NCBI GenBank assembly: GCA_023512105.1
Contig: JAIMAE010000001.1
Coordinates: forward strand, 12,803 to 76,802
Length of the DNA: 64,000 nucleotides
Origin: Bacillota bacterium
Lineage (GTDB): Bacteria > Bacillota > Sulfobacillia > Sulfobacillales > Sulfobacillaceae
Reading direction: 5' to 3'
Positions 49,198 to 58,270 of this stretch are shown here, piece by piece. Within the stretch, counting starts at the first letter, position 1, and each line of letters opens with the position of its first letter. The notes below the pieces were generated by a model. That model was not told where the DNA came from. It saw only the letters and a list, made by a program, of their open reading frames with translations, and did not search any database. Position numbers and translations under genes: made by a program.

Positions 49198-49263
49198 GAA
49201 CCATTGGGGTCGTTCGGCCCTTTACCGCCGTCGGGCTCCTGGTAGAATGGATCGGGGGCCCAG

Positions 49264-49572
49264 ATGGCAAAGTATCGTCAGGCCAAAATCAAGCGGCAGC
49301 ACCACGTCCTCAAGGAGCTAGAAGAGGGCCTGGGGGTCATTGCGTCTTTGCCCACGGTGGACGGCATCATTCCCGGGGTGATTCGCCCCAAATACGGAGG
49401 GCGGATCGGCTTCTCGTTTCAATACTACACGCCCAGCGGATTTAAGCTGATCGGCCGCTCGAGCGGAGCGGTCCAAGAGATCTTCGTGATCAGCCGCCAA
49501 CCGGAGTTGGCCGTCTCCCAGTTGCAAGAGGTCGGCATCCTCCCCAAACGGGTCAACCCAACGGACGCCTAG
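49264..49572 (+). CDS. conserved-looking small hypothetical protein
   Basis: ORF 49264..49572, with a basic N-terminus. I have a vague recollection of DUF2103-like proteins (..IPGVI.....G..F........GFK.I.R....VQE.FVI), not verifiable here. Confidence 0.5.
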   Translation: MAKYRQAKIKRQHHVLKELEEGLGVIASLPTVDGIIPGVIRPKYGGRIGFSFQYYTPSGFKLIGRSSGAVQEIFVISRQPELAVSQLQEVGILPKRVNPTDA

Positions 49573-50039
49573 TCCCCGCCCTTCCCCGAAGTCCGGGAAA
49601 TCGCGGCACCGCCGCCGGCCCACCCGGAGAGCACCGGGCGCAGCACCGCCGTGGCCACCGCCAACCCCAGTCCCAAGGCCGCCGCCGACATCAGCGCCCG
49701 CACAGCCAGCTCGATCCCGGAGAGTAAGTGGTTTTGCAACACCGCCACCATCGCCCGGTAGGCCTCAAAGCCGGGGACAAAGGCGATGATCCCGGGGACC
49801 ATGAAGAGCGAGGCGGGGGCCCGGCGCCAGCGGGCGGCAAGTTCCCCCAGCACGCCTACCGTCAGGGCGGCCAGAAAGTTGCCCAAAAGGCCCCGGGTCC
49901 CGTCCGGTCCCAACTGGCTGGTGGCCCACCAGGCCGCTGCTCCCACCACCCCCGACACCCAGGCCTGGTTTAAGGGAACCTGGTAGAGCAACGCGAATCC
50001 CAAAGCCGCCAGGAAGGCGCCAAAGACCGACCCGATCAC
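49569..50039 (-). CDS. threonine/serine exporter family protein, small subunit (DUF3815-type)
   Basis: Lower part of ORF 49569..50681, GTG 50039 overlaps the stop of the upstream gene (GTGA). About 5 TM. Confidence 0.65.
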   Translation of the reverse strand: MIGSVFGAFLAALGFALLYQVPLNQAWVSGVVGAAAWWATSQLGPDGTRGLLGNFLAALTVGVLGELAARWRRAPASLFMVPGIIAFVPGFEAYRAMVAVLQNHLLSGIELAVRALMSAAALGLGLAVATAVLRPVLSGWAGGGAAISRTSGKGGD

Positions 50040-50809
50040 GGCCAGCGCCCCCCTTGATGCAGGTACCCGTACAGCGAGAGGCTCACCCCGGCTGCCACCG
50101 CCGCCACCACCATCACGCCCTCCAGAAAGCGGGCCGCCGCCGCCAGAAGGTCGCCGGCAATCGCATCGCGCACCGCCGCGGTCAGCGCCAGCCCCGGAAC
50201 CAACACCATCACCCCGCCCACCAACTCCGCTCCCGGGTTGAGTCCCCGGGGCCCCAGGGCGGCTTCCACCAAGGCCGGCCACGTCGCCACCACCGCCGCC
50301 GCCATCGCCGTCAAAGCCGAGGGGAAGACGGTGCGGGCAAACAGCTGGGTCACCCCCTCGGCCAAGGCTCCAGAGAGGCTGGCGGCCGGAAAGTCGGCCG
50401 GACTTCCCCCCATCAGCTGACTCATCCAGCCCGCGATCAGCGCCGCCACCAACACCGTGGTGGGCCGGGAGATCGCCCGCCGCGCGGCGGCTTGGCGCAG
50501 GCGTTGGCGCAGGACCGCAGGGGCAATTAGCTCGCGGTTGAGGTCGCGGGAGATCTGATTGACGGCCGCCACCGTGGCCAGGTTGACCTGCCTGGCCCGG
50601 ATCCGGCGCACCACCGCGGGGGCGCCGGGGGCGGAGACAAACAGCGCGGTGGGCATCACCACCGCCTCCACCTGCTTCCACCCATAGGCCCGGGCAATGT
50701 GGATGACCGTCTCCTCCGCGCGCTTGACTTCGGCCCCAGCTTGGATCAGCAACTGCCCGGCTTCAGCGGCTACCTCCAGCGCCTCCCAAGCGCCGCCCTC
50801 CGGCTCCAT
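50036..50809 (-). CDS. threonine/serine exporter family protein, large subunit (ThrE/YjjP-type)
   Basis: ORF 50036..50809. N-terminal amphipathic region ...AGQLLIQAGAEVKRAEETVIHIARAYG, followed by about 5 TM. Confidence 0.7.
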   Translation of the reverse strand: MEPEGGAWEALEVAAEAGQLLIQAGAEVKRAEETVIHIARAYGWKQVEAVVMPTALFVSAPGAPAVVRRIRARQVNLATVAAVNQISRDLNRELIAPAVLRQRLRQAAARRAISRPTTVLVAALIAGWMSQLMGGSPADFPAASLSGALAEGVTQLFARTVFPSALTAMAAAVVATWPALVEAALGPRGLNPGAELVGGVMVLVPGLALTAAVRDAIAGDLLAAAARFLEGVMVVAAVAAGVSLSLYGYLHQGGRWP

Positions 50810-51203
50810 CGTCGCCTCCCTCCCGCGCCCGGAACACCCACCCTGTCGACATGACGAAGGTCAACAAGGTCCCGCAGGGGATGGCCAGAAGATCCGCCCA
50901 GTCGCGTGGCCAACCCCAATGCAACAGCGCCGTGAACACCCCGACTTGCACGGCAAAGGCCCCGGCCGAGGCCAGATTATAGCGCCCCAGCGCCGACCAG
51001 CGCCAGGGGTGATGGAAGGTAAAACGGGCATTGCCGAGGTAGTTGCCTACGATGGAGACTTCGACCGCCACCGCGTTGGCCACCACCGGCCAGTGGGGCA
51101 AGACGGCGAGCACGGCCCGAAAGGTTAAGAAATTGACCCCGACGCCCCCCATGCCCACGATGCCAAACCGGAGGAGGCGGGTCAGCCAATCAGGAACGGA
51201 CAC
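50763..51203 (-). CDS. GtrA-family membrane protein
   Basis: ORF 50763..51365 trimmed to GTG 51203. LLRFGIVGMGGVGVNFLTF... has 4 TM and NARFTFHHPWRW. Overlaps the stop of the GT2 gene. Confidence 0.7.
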   Translation of the reverse strand: MSVPDWLTRLLRFGIVGMGGVGVNFLTFRAVLAVLPHWPVVANAVAVEVSIVGNYLGNARFTFHHPWRWSALGRYNLASAGAFAVQVGVFTALLHWGWPRDWADLLAIPCGTLLTFVMSTGWVFRAREGGDDGAGGRRLGGAGGSR

Positions 51204-51942
51204 GTTCGCCCTTCGGCTCCCGCTTGAGCCGGGTTCCCTCGGCCAAGCGCAGTTGGGTGACCAACCACAAGGCCTCGACCACGATCGCGGCCGACATTTT
51301 ACTCTTGCCCTCGCGGCGGTCCTCGAAGACGATGGGCAGCTCCACCACCCGAAAGCCGTGTTCAAGCGCTCGATAGGTCATCTCGATCTGGAAGCCGTAA
51401 CCGGTGGCCCGAATCTCATCCAGGTCGATGGCCTCCAAAACCTCGCGGCGAAAACACTTAAAGCCCCCGGTGGCGTCTTTGACCGGAAGGTGCAACATCC
51501 GGCCGGCAAACCACGAGCCGGCCCGCGAGAGCGCCCACCTGGGCCAAGACCAATGGACCACCCCGCCGCCCGGCGCATAGCGAGAACCGATCACCAGGTC
51601 GGCCCGCTCGCGTTGCATAGTCTCCAGGAACTTGGGCAGATAGTGAGGGGAATGGGAGAAGTCGGCGTCCATCTCGAACAAGAACTGATACCCGCGGTTC
51701 AGTCCATAGCGAAAACCGGCAAGGTAAGCCGTGGCCAGGCCCAATTTCCCTTGCCGATGGATGACCTCGATCCGTTGGGGGTAAAGGGATTTGTAGTGCT
51801 CCGCCAGGAGCCCCGTGCCATCAGGAGACCCGTCATCGATCACCAGCACGTCAAACTCCTCGCCCTGTTCTAAGATTGCCTCTAACAGCGGGCCGAGGTT
51901 GCCAACCTCATTGTAGGTGGGCAAAATGACCAGTGCCTTCAT
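51190..51942 (-). CDS. polyprenol-phosphate mannose synthase-like GT2 glycosyltransferase
   Basis: ORF 51190..51942. Motifs: MKALVILPTYNEVGNL, VLVIDDGSPDGT, FEMDADFSH. Confidence 0.85.
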   Translation of the reverse strand: MKALVILPTYNEVGNLGPLLEAILEQGEEFDVLVIDDGSPDGTGLLAEHYKSLYPQRIEVIHRQGKLGLATAYLAGFRYGLNRGYQFLFEMDADFSHSPHYLPKFLETMQRERADLVIGSRYAPGGGVVHWSWPRWALSRAGSWFAGRMLHLPVKDATGGFKCFRREVLEAIDLDEIRATGYGFQIEMTYRALEHGFRVVELPIVFEDRREGKSKMSAAIVVEALWLVTQLRLAEGTRLKREPKGERVRS

Positions 51943-51969
51943 CTGCCTGAGCCTCCTATCTTCCGCCGT

Positions 51970-53124
51970 TCAAGCCACCCAGTGCCAGGTGGCAAACACG
52001 GCGACCAACGTTCCCTGGATGAATGGCAGCGTCCACGCCATGGCGCGCCGCCACAGCCTTCGGCCGGCCAGGTGCGCCAAGGCCGCGTAGGCGGGGAATA
52101 AAATCAGCACCAGCCGAGACATACTCAGCAGTGGACTGATTCCGTGCACCTGCGGTGCCGAAAGATCAATCAATAATAGGATTCCCCAATAACTCAACCA
52201 CTCCCCCGGAAAACGTTGGCGCCAGCCATACCCCCACAAGCCCATCGATGCCAGCGCCGATGTCAAATCCATCATACTAAGAACCGTGCCCGGTTGCAAT
52301 GGATTGCCGCCATAAATTCCTTTTATTGCCAGCCAGAGGCCTACCCAGGGCCAGGTGATGTGACGCCCCCAATAACTTTGGGCGGCGATGAACGCCAGGG
52401 GGCTCTTGAAGGCCCACCATTGATAGGCCAGATAGAGGCCTAGGCCTACCGGGACCAGCAGCACCGACCAGACTTCCGGATGGTACCGCCAACGGTGGCG
52501 GCGCCAGTAGGCAAACCCCCAGGGGATGAGCACAAACACCCCCTCATTGCGGGTCAAGGCGGCCAGGAGGGCAAAAACGGCCGCGCCCCACAGGCGCTCG
52601 CGCTTGGCCATCCAGAAGGCAAGCGCGGCGAAGAGCAGAAAAGAGCTTTCGGTGTAGGCGGCGGAGGCGAAAAAGGCGGTGGGATAGATCAACATCGCCC
52701 ACACCGCGCGGGCGGCCAGGCGGCGCGAGAAGGTTTCCCGCACCAGCCCGTGCAGGGCAAACAAAAACCCTAAGAGCGAGAGATTGGAGACCAACAGCGC
52801 GGCCCAGGGATAGCCCAAAAAGGTCACCTGGTGCACGGCGGCGATCAGCAAGGGATAGAGGGGAAAGAAGGCCAAGGCCTGGGGCCAATAGCCGTGCTGG
52901 GCGATGGCCAGGTACCACAACGCGTCCCACCGCAGCCAGATCAGCGCCCACGGCCACTGGCTGAGATTGTAGGTCGGGGAGTAGTACTGCCAGGGCAGCC
53001 GGCCGAGCGCGATCCACCCTGCCAGGATCAGGCCTAGACGGCTTAGCAGGTATGCGGAGAGGATCTGACGGGTGCTGGCTGGATCCGCCCCCCAGCGGCG
53101 CCACCACCCGCGCAGCCAATCCAT
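51970..53124 (-). CDS. polytopic membrane mannosyltransferase-like protein (PIG-V/GT-C-like)
   Basis: ORF 51970..53181 trimmed to ATG 53124. About 10 TM, with LRWDALWYLAIAQHGY in the first loop. Confidence 0.55.
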   Translation of the reverse strand: MDWLRGWWRRWGADPASTRQILSAYLLSRLGLILAGWIALGRLPWQYYSPTYNLSQWPWALIWLRWDALWYLAIAQHGYWPQALAFFPLYPLLIAAVHQVTFLGYPWAALLVSNLSLLGFLFALHGLVRETFSRRLAARAVWAMLIYPTAFFASAAYTESSFLLFAALAFWMAKRERLWGAAVFALLAALTRNEGVFVLIPWGFAYWRRHRWRYHPEVWSVLLVPVGLGLYLAYQWWAFKSPLAFIAAQSYWGRHITWPWVGLWLAIKGIYGGNPLQPGTVLSMMDLTSALASMGLWGYGWRQRFPGEWLSYWGILLLIDLSAPQVHGISPLLSMSRLVLILFPAYAALAHLAGRRLWRRAMAWTLPFIQGTLVAVFATWHWVA

Positions 53125-53126
53125 GA

Positions 53127-53999
53127 TCAGCGATGGACCCGTGCCAACGAAAGTTCGCGCTCGAACAGGGCGCCCTTCCATTCCTCCTCCGGCGGTTGGG
53201 TAAAGTACTGGGCGAGCAGGCGACTGGATGCCGCAGGCAACCCGAAGCGAAGCTCGGTCACTCCCCAGGCCCTGGCCTCGGTCCCGAGATAGCCGACCAA
53301 CAGGTCGAGGTAAGGACGCTCTCCCCAGAAATATTGCAGGCTCAGGTGCTCGTGATTCTTAATTTGAAAGAGCGCCAAGGCCTCTATCTCCTGGTCCGGA
53401 GTCTGGGGGACGATGCCCACGCCTCCGTATTCCAGGGCCTGGCGAATGTCTTGCATGGTCAGGGAATAGGGCATCCACAAATCTTTGCCGGCCCACAGGT
53501 CGTCTCGCCGGCGCTCCCAAAAGCGGGTCAACCGATCCATATCGACCGCCCAGGCCGGCCCGGCCTCCGGCGAGTAGTTGGCCAGGTTCTGGATCCCAGG
53601 GTACTTCCCCACGTGCCAGGCCACGCTCTGGCGAAATCCCAACTTATCCTGCAAGATGTGGGGAGAGGCGCTGTTGCCCTCCTGAACCAGGGCGCGCACC
53701 ATCCACGCCCCTAGCCGCTCGGCCTCCGCGACCTGAAAGCGGGTAAACTCGGTCCCAATTCCTTGCCCTTGCCGGGATGTGGCGATCCGCATGCCTCCGA
53801 GGTACGCTTCGTGCGGGCGGGGGAGATAGATGACGGCCATTCCCACGATCTCTTCCCCATCCCAAGCCAGGTACACCCCTCCGGGTTGCAGCTCCAAATA
53901 ACTGTTCAGCCTCTTAGCCAGGTAATCGCCGGGGAATTGGTTCAAGAACTGCAAGATCCGCGGCTGATCCTCTGTCGAGGCACGGGCGTAGCGCAACAA
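53127..53999 (-). CDS. GNAT-family acetyltransferase with extra C-terminal domain
   Basis: ORF 53127..53999 with a TTG start. Motif A reads IATSRQGQGIGTEFTRFQVAEAERLG. Confidence 0.7.
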   Translation of the reverse strand: MLRYARASTEDQPRILQFLNQFPGDYLAKRLNSYLELQPGGVYLAWDGEEIVGMAVIYLPRPHEAYLGGMRIATSRQGQGIGTEFTRFQVAEAERLGAWMVRALVQEGNSASPHILQDKLGFRQSVAWHVGKYPGIQNLANYSPEAGPAWAVDMDRLTRFWERRRDDLWAGKDLWMPYSLTMQDIRQALEYGGVGIVPQTPDQEIEALALFQIKNHEHLSLQYFWGERPYLDLLVGYLGTEARAWGVTELRFGLPAASSRLLAQYFTQPPEEEWKGALFERELSLARVHR

Positions 54000-54029
54000 C
54001 GACGGCCCTCCCTTTTACACCATGGCCCC

Positions 54030-54058
54030 ATTGTACAATCTTCAAGTGCGGACTTCAA
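54030..54058 (-). promoter_or_regulatory. sigma-A-type promoter for the GNAT-to-ThrE gene string
   Basis: Minus strand has TTGAAG (54058..54053), a 17 nt spacer, then TACAAT (54035..54030), preceded by TTG (extended -10). Confidence 0.5.
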
Positions 54059-54076
54059 TGCGAGCCCGCACCAGCC

Positions 54077-54445
54077 CTAGGGCCACCGCGGATGGGGACG
54101 GGCCAGCGGGTCTAACGACCGCAGATAGGCCGCCAAGTCCTCGGCCTGGGCGCGGGTCAAGCTGCCGGGACGGCTCGCCGGCATCCGTGCCTGGATGAAG
54201 TCGACCAAGGCGGCTTGGGAAGGGTAGTCGCGCCACAGGCGGGCGCCGTCCAGGGCCGGGGCTCCCGGCGCCCCGTTGCCGCCGAGCCCATGACACACCT
54301 GGCACTCCGCCGCGTAAAGCCAGGCCCCGCGCTGGACCTGAGGGTCCGGCCGGACCAGCGCTTGGGCGTGCTGCCGACCGGCTCCCCACCCGAGCAAAAA
54401 GGCCAAGAGGCCGAGCACCCCCAGCGCAGCCATCCAGTTTCTCAT
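54077..54445 (-). CDS. membrane-anchored monoheme class I cytochrome c
   Basis: ORF 54077..54592 trimmed to ATG 54445. N-terminal TM is MRNWMAALGVLGLLAFLLGW. Heme motif CQVCHG, with a distal Met candidate in QARMPAS. Confidence 0.8.
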   Translation of the reverse strand: MRNWMAALGVLGLLAFLLGWGAGRQHAQALVRPDPQVQRGAWLYAAECQVCHGLGGNGAPGAPALDGARLWRDYPSQAALVDFIQARMPASRPGSLTRAQAEDLAAYLRSLDPLARPHPRWP

Positions 54446-54447
54446 CG

Positions 54448-56142
54448 TTAGCAACCCCCTGCGTGCGAATGGGGTTGTGAGGTCCCGAGCTGTTGCGGAA
54501 ACCCGCTGGACAACCACCGCAGGTAGGCGTCGAGCGCCAGCAATCTGGGGTCGTCTTGCGCCAACGGCTGAATCCCCATTGCGCCTAGGCAATTCTCAAT
54601 CTGGGCCGTCAAGGTGCGCACGCCGGACGGCGTGACCTCGGGAAATCGGGAAGCCGCGCCGATTAAAGAAGGAACCAGCACTCCGTCTCGCACCGCCGCC
54701 CGGGTGCCGCCGGCCAAGTGACAACTCGAGCAGGCGAGGTGGCGCGGGGACCATCCGGCATCCTGGAAGAGCCGGGCGCCCTGCATCACCGGCCCTTGGG
54801 CAGGGCCGCGAGGCAGGGGGGGCAACCCGCCGGAGTGGACGAAGCCGCTCGGGGCAAGCGGTACCGCCGCCAGCTGGCCGTTTTCCTCGGGTTGGTACAA
54901 GGTCTGCCCGACCAGGATGGGAAAGTCGGCCGCCATTGGCCCGCCCAAATCCAGGCTGTCCACCAGCCGACCGGTGCGCGCGTCCAGGGCGTAGAGCAGA
55001 CCGGCGCCGTCGCCGACGTACACCCTGCCTCCGGCGACCACCGGAGAAGCCGAGATCGGACCGGCGGCCGGAAACGCCCAGCGCACCTGGCCGGTGGCGG
55101 CGTCCAGCGCGTAAAGGCGATGGGTGATGGCGCTGCCCAGGTACACCGTCTTCCCGATCACGGTGGGAGCTCCCACTTCGATGTCGCGCACCAAACTGCC
55201 TCCACCCAGGGCGGTCTTCCAGAGCAGCCGCCCGGTGGACAGGGCGTAGGCGTATGCCGTGGCCTGAGGATGGCGTTGCGTCCCGGTGGTGGCTTCGAGG
55301 TAGATGCGGCCGCCACCGACCGCCACCGAGCAGTCGTCGGCCCCGGCGAAGGCTCCGGGTATCGCCGCCCGCCAATTGAGCCGGCGTTGGGCGAGGTTGA
55401 CGGAGTACAGCCGGTAGGGATGCGCCCCGGCGAAGATCAGGTTGTCGCCCACCAGCACCGGCGAGGACATGCTGACGTAGGAGGGGATGCGCAGCGACCA
55501 CAAGGGGGTGCCCGTCTTGGCCCAATAGGCCACCACGTCGCCCGAACCGTTGACGGTGTAAAGCACGCCGTGGGCATACACCGGAGTCGGCATATCCTCC
55601 CCGCGAGTCGGACGGGTCCACAACACCGCCCCGGTGGCGGCATCGAGCGCCATCCAGGCGTTGGCGCCGGTACCCCGGACAATCCCTCGGCTTTTGAGAT
55701 GTTGCACCTTGGCTTGGTCGGCGGCGGAAAATTGCTGGTTGCCCAGCCCAACGAAGACCATCCCCTCTGCCACTACCGGCGTGGTCATCACCATGTTGGC
55801 CAGCGACCGGTGCCACAACATCCGGCCGCTCTTGGCGTCGATGGCGTAGACGCCGTTGCTGCTGCTGGTCCCCCCATCCCCTCCGACGTAGATCACCCCG
55901 CCGGCCAGCGAGGCCTGCTGTAGGGCTCCCGGGGTATCGACGGTCCAAGCCCGGCGCCACGGCGAGGCGGTCGGCGACGGATAAGCCGGATTGTGCTCGG
56001 CATTGCCGGCATACCCGACAAAGGCAGGCGGACCCAACTCGGGCTGACTCGGTCCCCCGGCTGCCGAGGTACTGCCCATCCACCACCCCAATCCGGCCAC
56101 CGCCGGAATGGCCAGCCATCGGCCCCACCGCCACCACGCCAT
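54448..56142 (-). CDS. PQQ-like beta-propeller protein fused to a C-terminal cytochrome c domain
   Basis: ORF 54448..56148, ATG 56142 lies 8 nt after AAGGAGGGG. Signal/TM. Repeated blades such as VYAIDAKSGRMLW, LYALDAATGQVRW, LYALDARTGRLV. C-terminal CSSCHLAG. Confidence 0.75.
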   Translation of the reverse strand: MAWWRWGRWLAIPAVAGLGWWMGSTSAAGGPSQPELGPPAFVGYAGNAEHNPAYPSPTASPWRRAWTVDTPGALQQASLAGGVIYVGGDGGTSSSNGVYAIDAKSGRMLWHRSLANMVMTTPVVAEGMVFVGLGNQQFSAADQAKVQHLKSRGIVRGTGANAWMALDAATGAVLWTRPTRGEDMPTPVYAHGVLYTVNGSGDVVAYWAKTGTPLWSLRIPSYVSMSSPVLVGDNLIFAGAHPYRLYSVNLAQRRLNWRAAIPGAFAGADDCSVAVGGGRIYLEATTGTQRHPQATAYAYALSTGRLLWKTALGGGSLVRDIEVGAPTVIGKTVYLGSAITHRLYALDAATGQVRWAFPAAGPISASPVVAGGRVYVGDGAGLLYALDARTGRLVDSLDLGGPMAADFPILVGQTLYQPEENGQLAAVPLAPSGFVHSGGLPPLPRGPAQGPVMQGARLFQDAGWSPRHLACSSCHLAGGTRAAVRDGVLVPSLIGAASRFPEVTPSGVRTLTAQIENCLGAMGIQPLAQDDPRLLALDAYLRWLSSGFPQQLGTSQPHSHAGGC

Positions 56143-56184
56143 CGCCATCCCCTCCTTAACCGTCCGCCAGGTCCGCGCCCTTGC

Positions 56185-56556
56185 CTACGAGGTCCACGGG
56201 GCCGACACCCAGGGAGCTGTCCACTGCCCTTGGCGCAGGGCGGAAAACGCCCACAGCGCGCTCGCGATGGCAATCGCGTTGGTATTGCCCAACACCTTCA
56301 GCCACCGGTAACCTCGAGCCCAAGGAAGTTGGGGATCGCGCCAAGAGGGGCGCAGCCAGGCGCGGGCGGCCACGCTCACCCCAAGCCACAGCGCGACGAG
56401 ATAGCTCTCCTCCTCGGCCAGCGGCGAGCGCATCGCGCCGGCCACCTGGGCCAATGCTTCCAACAAAAGCCGCTTCCAGCGGCGACGTGGCTCTCCGCGG
56501 CGGGCGTGATGCCATCGCAGGCTTCTCCAGATCAGTCTCGCCAGCGCCATTCTCAT
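56185..56556 (-). CDS. hypothetical Trp/Arg-rich protein upstream of the PQQ gene
   Basis: ORF 56185..56556. G/C-rich third positions favour this frame over the two overlapping R/G/P-rich ORFs. 15 Trp in 123 aa. No family recognised. Confidence 0.45.
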   Translation of the reverse strand: MRMALARLIWRSLRWHHARRGEPRRRWKRLLLEALAQVAGAMRSPLAEEESYLVALWLGVSVAARAWLRPSWRDPQLPWARGYRWLKVLGNTNAIAIASALWAFSALRQGQWTAPWVSAPWTS

Positions 56557-56824
56557 CCCTGCCTTGTTCGTCCTCTGCCCCGCGGTCTATCCCCCTTTGG
56601 ATGGTGGCCTGGCCGGGGGCGCGGGTGGCCGGCCGCAGATCCATGGGGGTGGGTCTAGCCTCCCTAGAGTTCCCGCCTACTCCAATTTTTAGTACCCGGG
56701 CGAGAAATCTCGGGCCCCATGCTCGCGGTCTCAATTGGCGGTATACTATAAGCGCGTGAGGCATCCGAGGGATATCGCGTCATCACCGGCCCAAGGACGG
56801 CCGTACGGAAGGAGGGTAGGCAGC

Positions 56825-57121
56825 GTGGTCACGCAAGAGCAGGTGGAAGAGGTGTTGCGGGAAGTCACCGATCCGGAGATTGGAGTCAACGTGGTCGACC
56901 TCGGCTTGATCTACGGGATCGACATCAACGGCGATGAGGTGCGGGTGGCGATGACGCTCACCGCGCCGGGCTGCCCGTTGCACGACATGATCGCCCGCAC
57001 CGCGGAGATGGCGATTGAAAGTTTGCCAGGCGTGGAGAAGGCCCACGTCGACATCGTCTGGGACCCGCCGTGGACGCCAGACCGACTCACCGACGAGGGG
57101 CGGCGGCTTTTGGGTTGGTAA
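56825..57121 (+). CDS. DUF59 (MIP18/SufT-like) Fe-S assembly protein
   Basis: ORF 56735..57121 trimmed to GTG 56825 (GGAAGGAGGG 8 nt upstream). Motifs: VTDPEIGVNVVDLGLIY, LTAPGCPL. Confidence 0.8.
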   Translation: MVTQEQVEEVLREVTDPEIGVNVVDLGLIYGIDINGDEVRVAMTLTAPGCPLHDMIARTAEMAIESLPGVEKAHVDIVWDPPWTPDRLTDEGRRLLGW

Positions 57122-57160
57122 GGTCAATCCGATTCGGCTAGAAGGTAGAGAGGACAACCG

Positions 57161-58270
57161 ATGATTAACGAAGTTGCCGTGCGGGAAGCCCTGCGGCAGG
57201 TGGAGGACCCCGAGCTCAGAAAAAGCATCGTCGACCTCAACATGGTCCGGCAGATCCGGATCGACCAAGGCCGGGTCGACGTCGAGGTGGCGCTGACCGT
57301 CCAAGGCTGCCCGCTCCACCAGCGGATTGCAGACGATGTGCGGGCGGCGGTGTTGGCGTTGCCCGAGGTGGAGTCGGTGGCGGTCCACCTCGACAGCATG
57401 TCGGAGGCGGAACGGCGCGAGGCGTTTGCCCGCGCTTGGGGTCGGCCGCCGGCGGCCAGTGCCGAATCCGAACCCGCGCTGCTCTCGCCGGAAAGCCCCA
57501 CCGCGATCGTGGCGGTGGCCTCCGGTAAAGGAGGGGTGGGCAAGTCGACCGTCACCGCCAATTTGGCGGTGGCCTTAGCTCGCCTCGGCAGTCGGGTGGG
57601 ACTGATGGACCTGGACATCTATGGCTTCAGTCAAGGAAGGATGTTTGGACAGCGGGAGAAACCGCGGCTGACTGCGGACCAGCGGATCGCCCCGTGGCAC
57701 GCCTACGGGGTCGACCTGGTTTCCATGAGCATGTTTGTCCCCGAAGACCAGGCCATCATTTGGCGTGGACCGATGCTGGGAAAGGCGATGCAGCAGTTTT
57801 TTGCCGACGTGGCCTGGCCTGCCCTCGACTTTCTCCTCATCGACCTGCCGCCCGGCACCGGCGACGTCGCTCTGGACATCGCCCAGCGAGTGCGGCGAGC
57901 CCAACTGGTACTGGTCACCACCCCGCAGGCGGTGTCCACCCACGTGGCCCGGCGAGCCGCAGAAGTGGCGCAACGGGCTGAACAACCGATCCTGGGAGTG
58001 ATCGAAAACATGTCCTGGGTCACTTGCCCTCACGGCGACCGCCTGCCGGTCTTCGGCCAAGGCGGGGGGCAGGCGCTGGCCGAGGCCCTGGGCGTCCCCC
58101 TGCTCGGCCAAGTTCCCCTAGAGCCGGCGGTACGCCAGGGCGGGGACGAAGGAAGGCCAATCGTCGACGCCGCTCCGGATTCCGAAGCGGCCCAAGCCTT
58201 CCTCCACATCGCCACCCAGCTGCGCACCGCGGTCTGGGCTCAGGCCTCGGAGGCCTCCACTCGCCCGTAA
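57161..58270 (+). CDS. apbC: Mrp/ApbC/NBP35-family Fe-S cluster carrier ATPase with N-terminal DUF59
   Basis: ORF 57161..58270. Motifs: VEDPELRKSIVDLNMV, deviant Walker A VASGKGGVGKST, and CPHC-type region WVTCPHGD. Confidence 0.9.
   Translation: MINEVAVREALRQVEDPELRKSIVDLNMVRQIRIDQGRVDVEVALTVQGCPLHQRIADDVRAAVLALPEVESVAVHLDSMSEAERREAFARAWGRPPAASAESEPALLSPESPTAIVAVASGKGGVGKSTVTANLAVALARLGSRVGLMDLDIYGFSQGRMFGQREKPRLTADQRIAPWHAYGVDLVSMSMFVPEDQAIIWRGPMLGKAMQQFFADVAWPALDFLLIDLPPGTGDVALDIAQRVRRAQLVLVTTPQAVSTHVARRAAEVAQRAEQPILGVIENMSWVTCPHGDRLPVFGQGGGQALAEALGVPLLGQVPLEPAVRQGGDEGRPIVDAAPDSEAAQAFLHIATQLRTAVWAQASEASTRP

Noticed and set aside
56557-56824. A promoter or regulatory element in the divergent spacer between the Trp-rich gene and the DUF59 gene (TATACT/TATAGT palindrome at about 56737-56748).
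   Set aside because: -10-like hexamers are present on both strands, but there are no acceptable -35 or extended -10 elements. The evidence is too weak to call.
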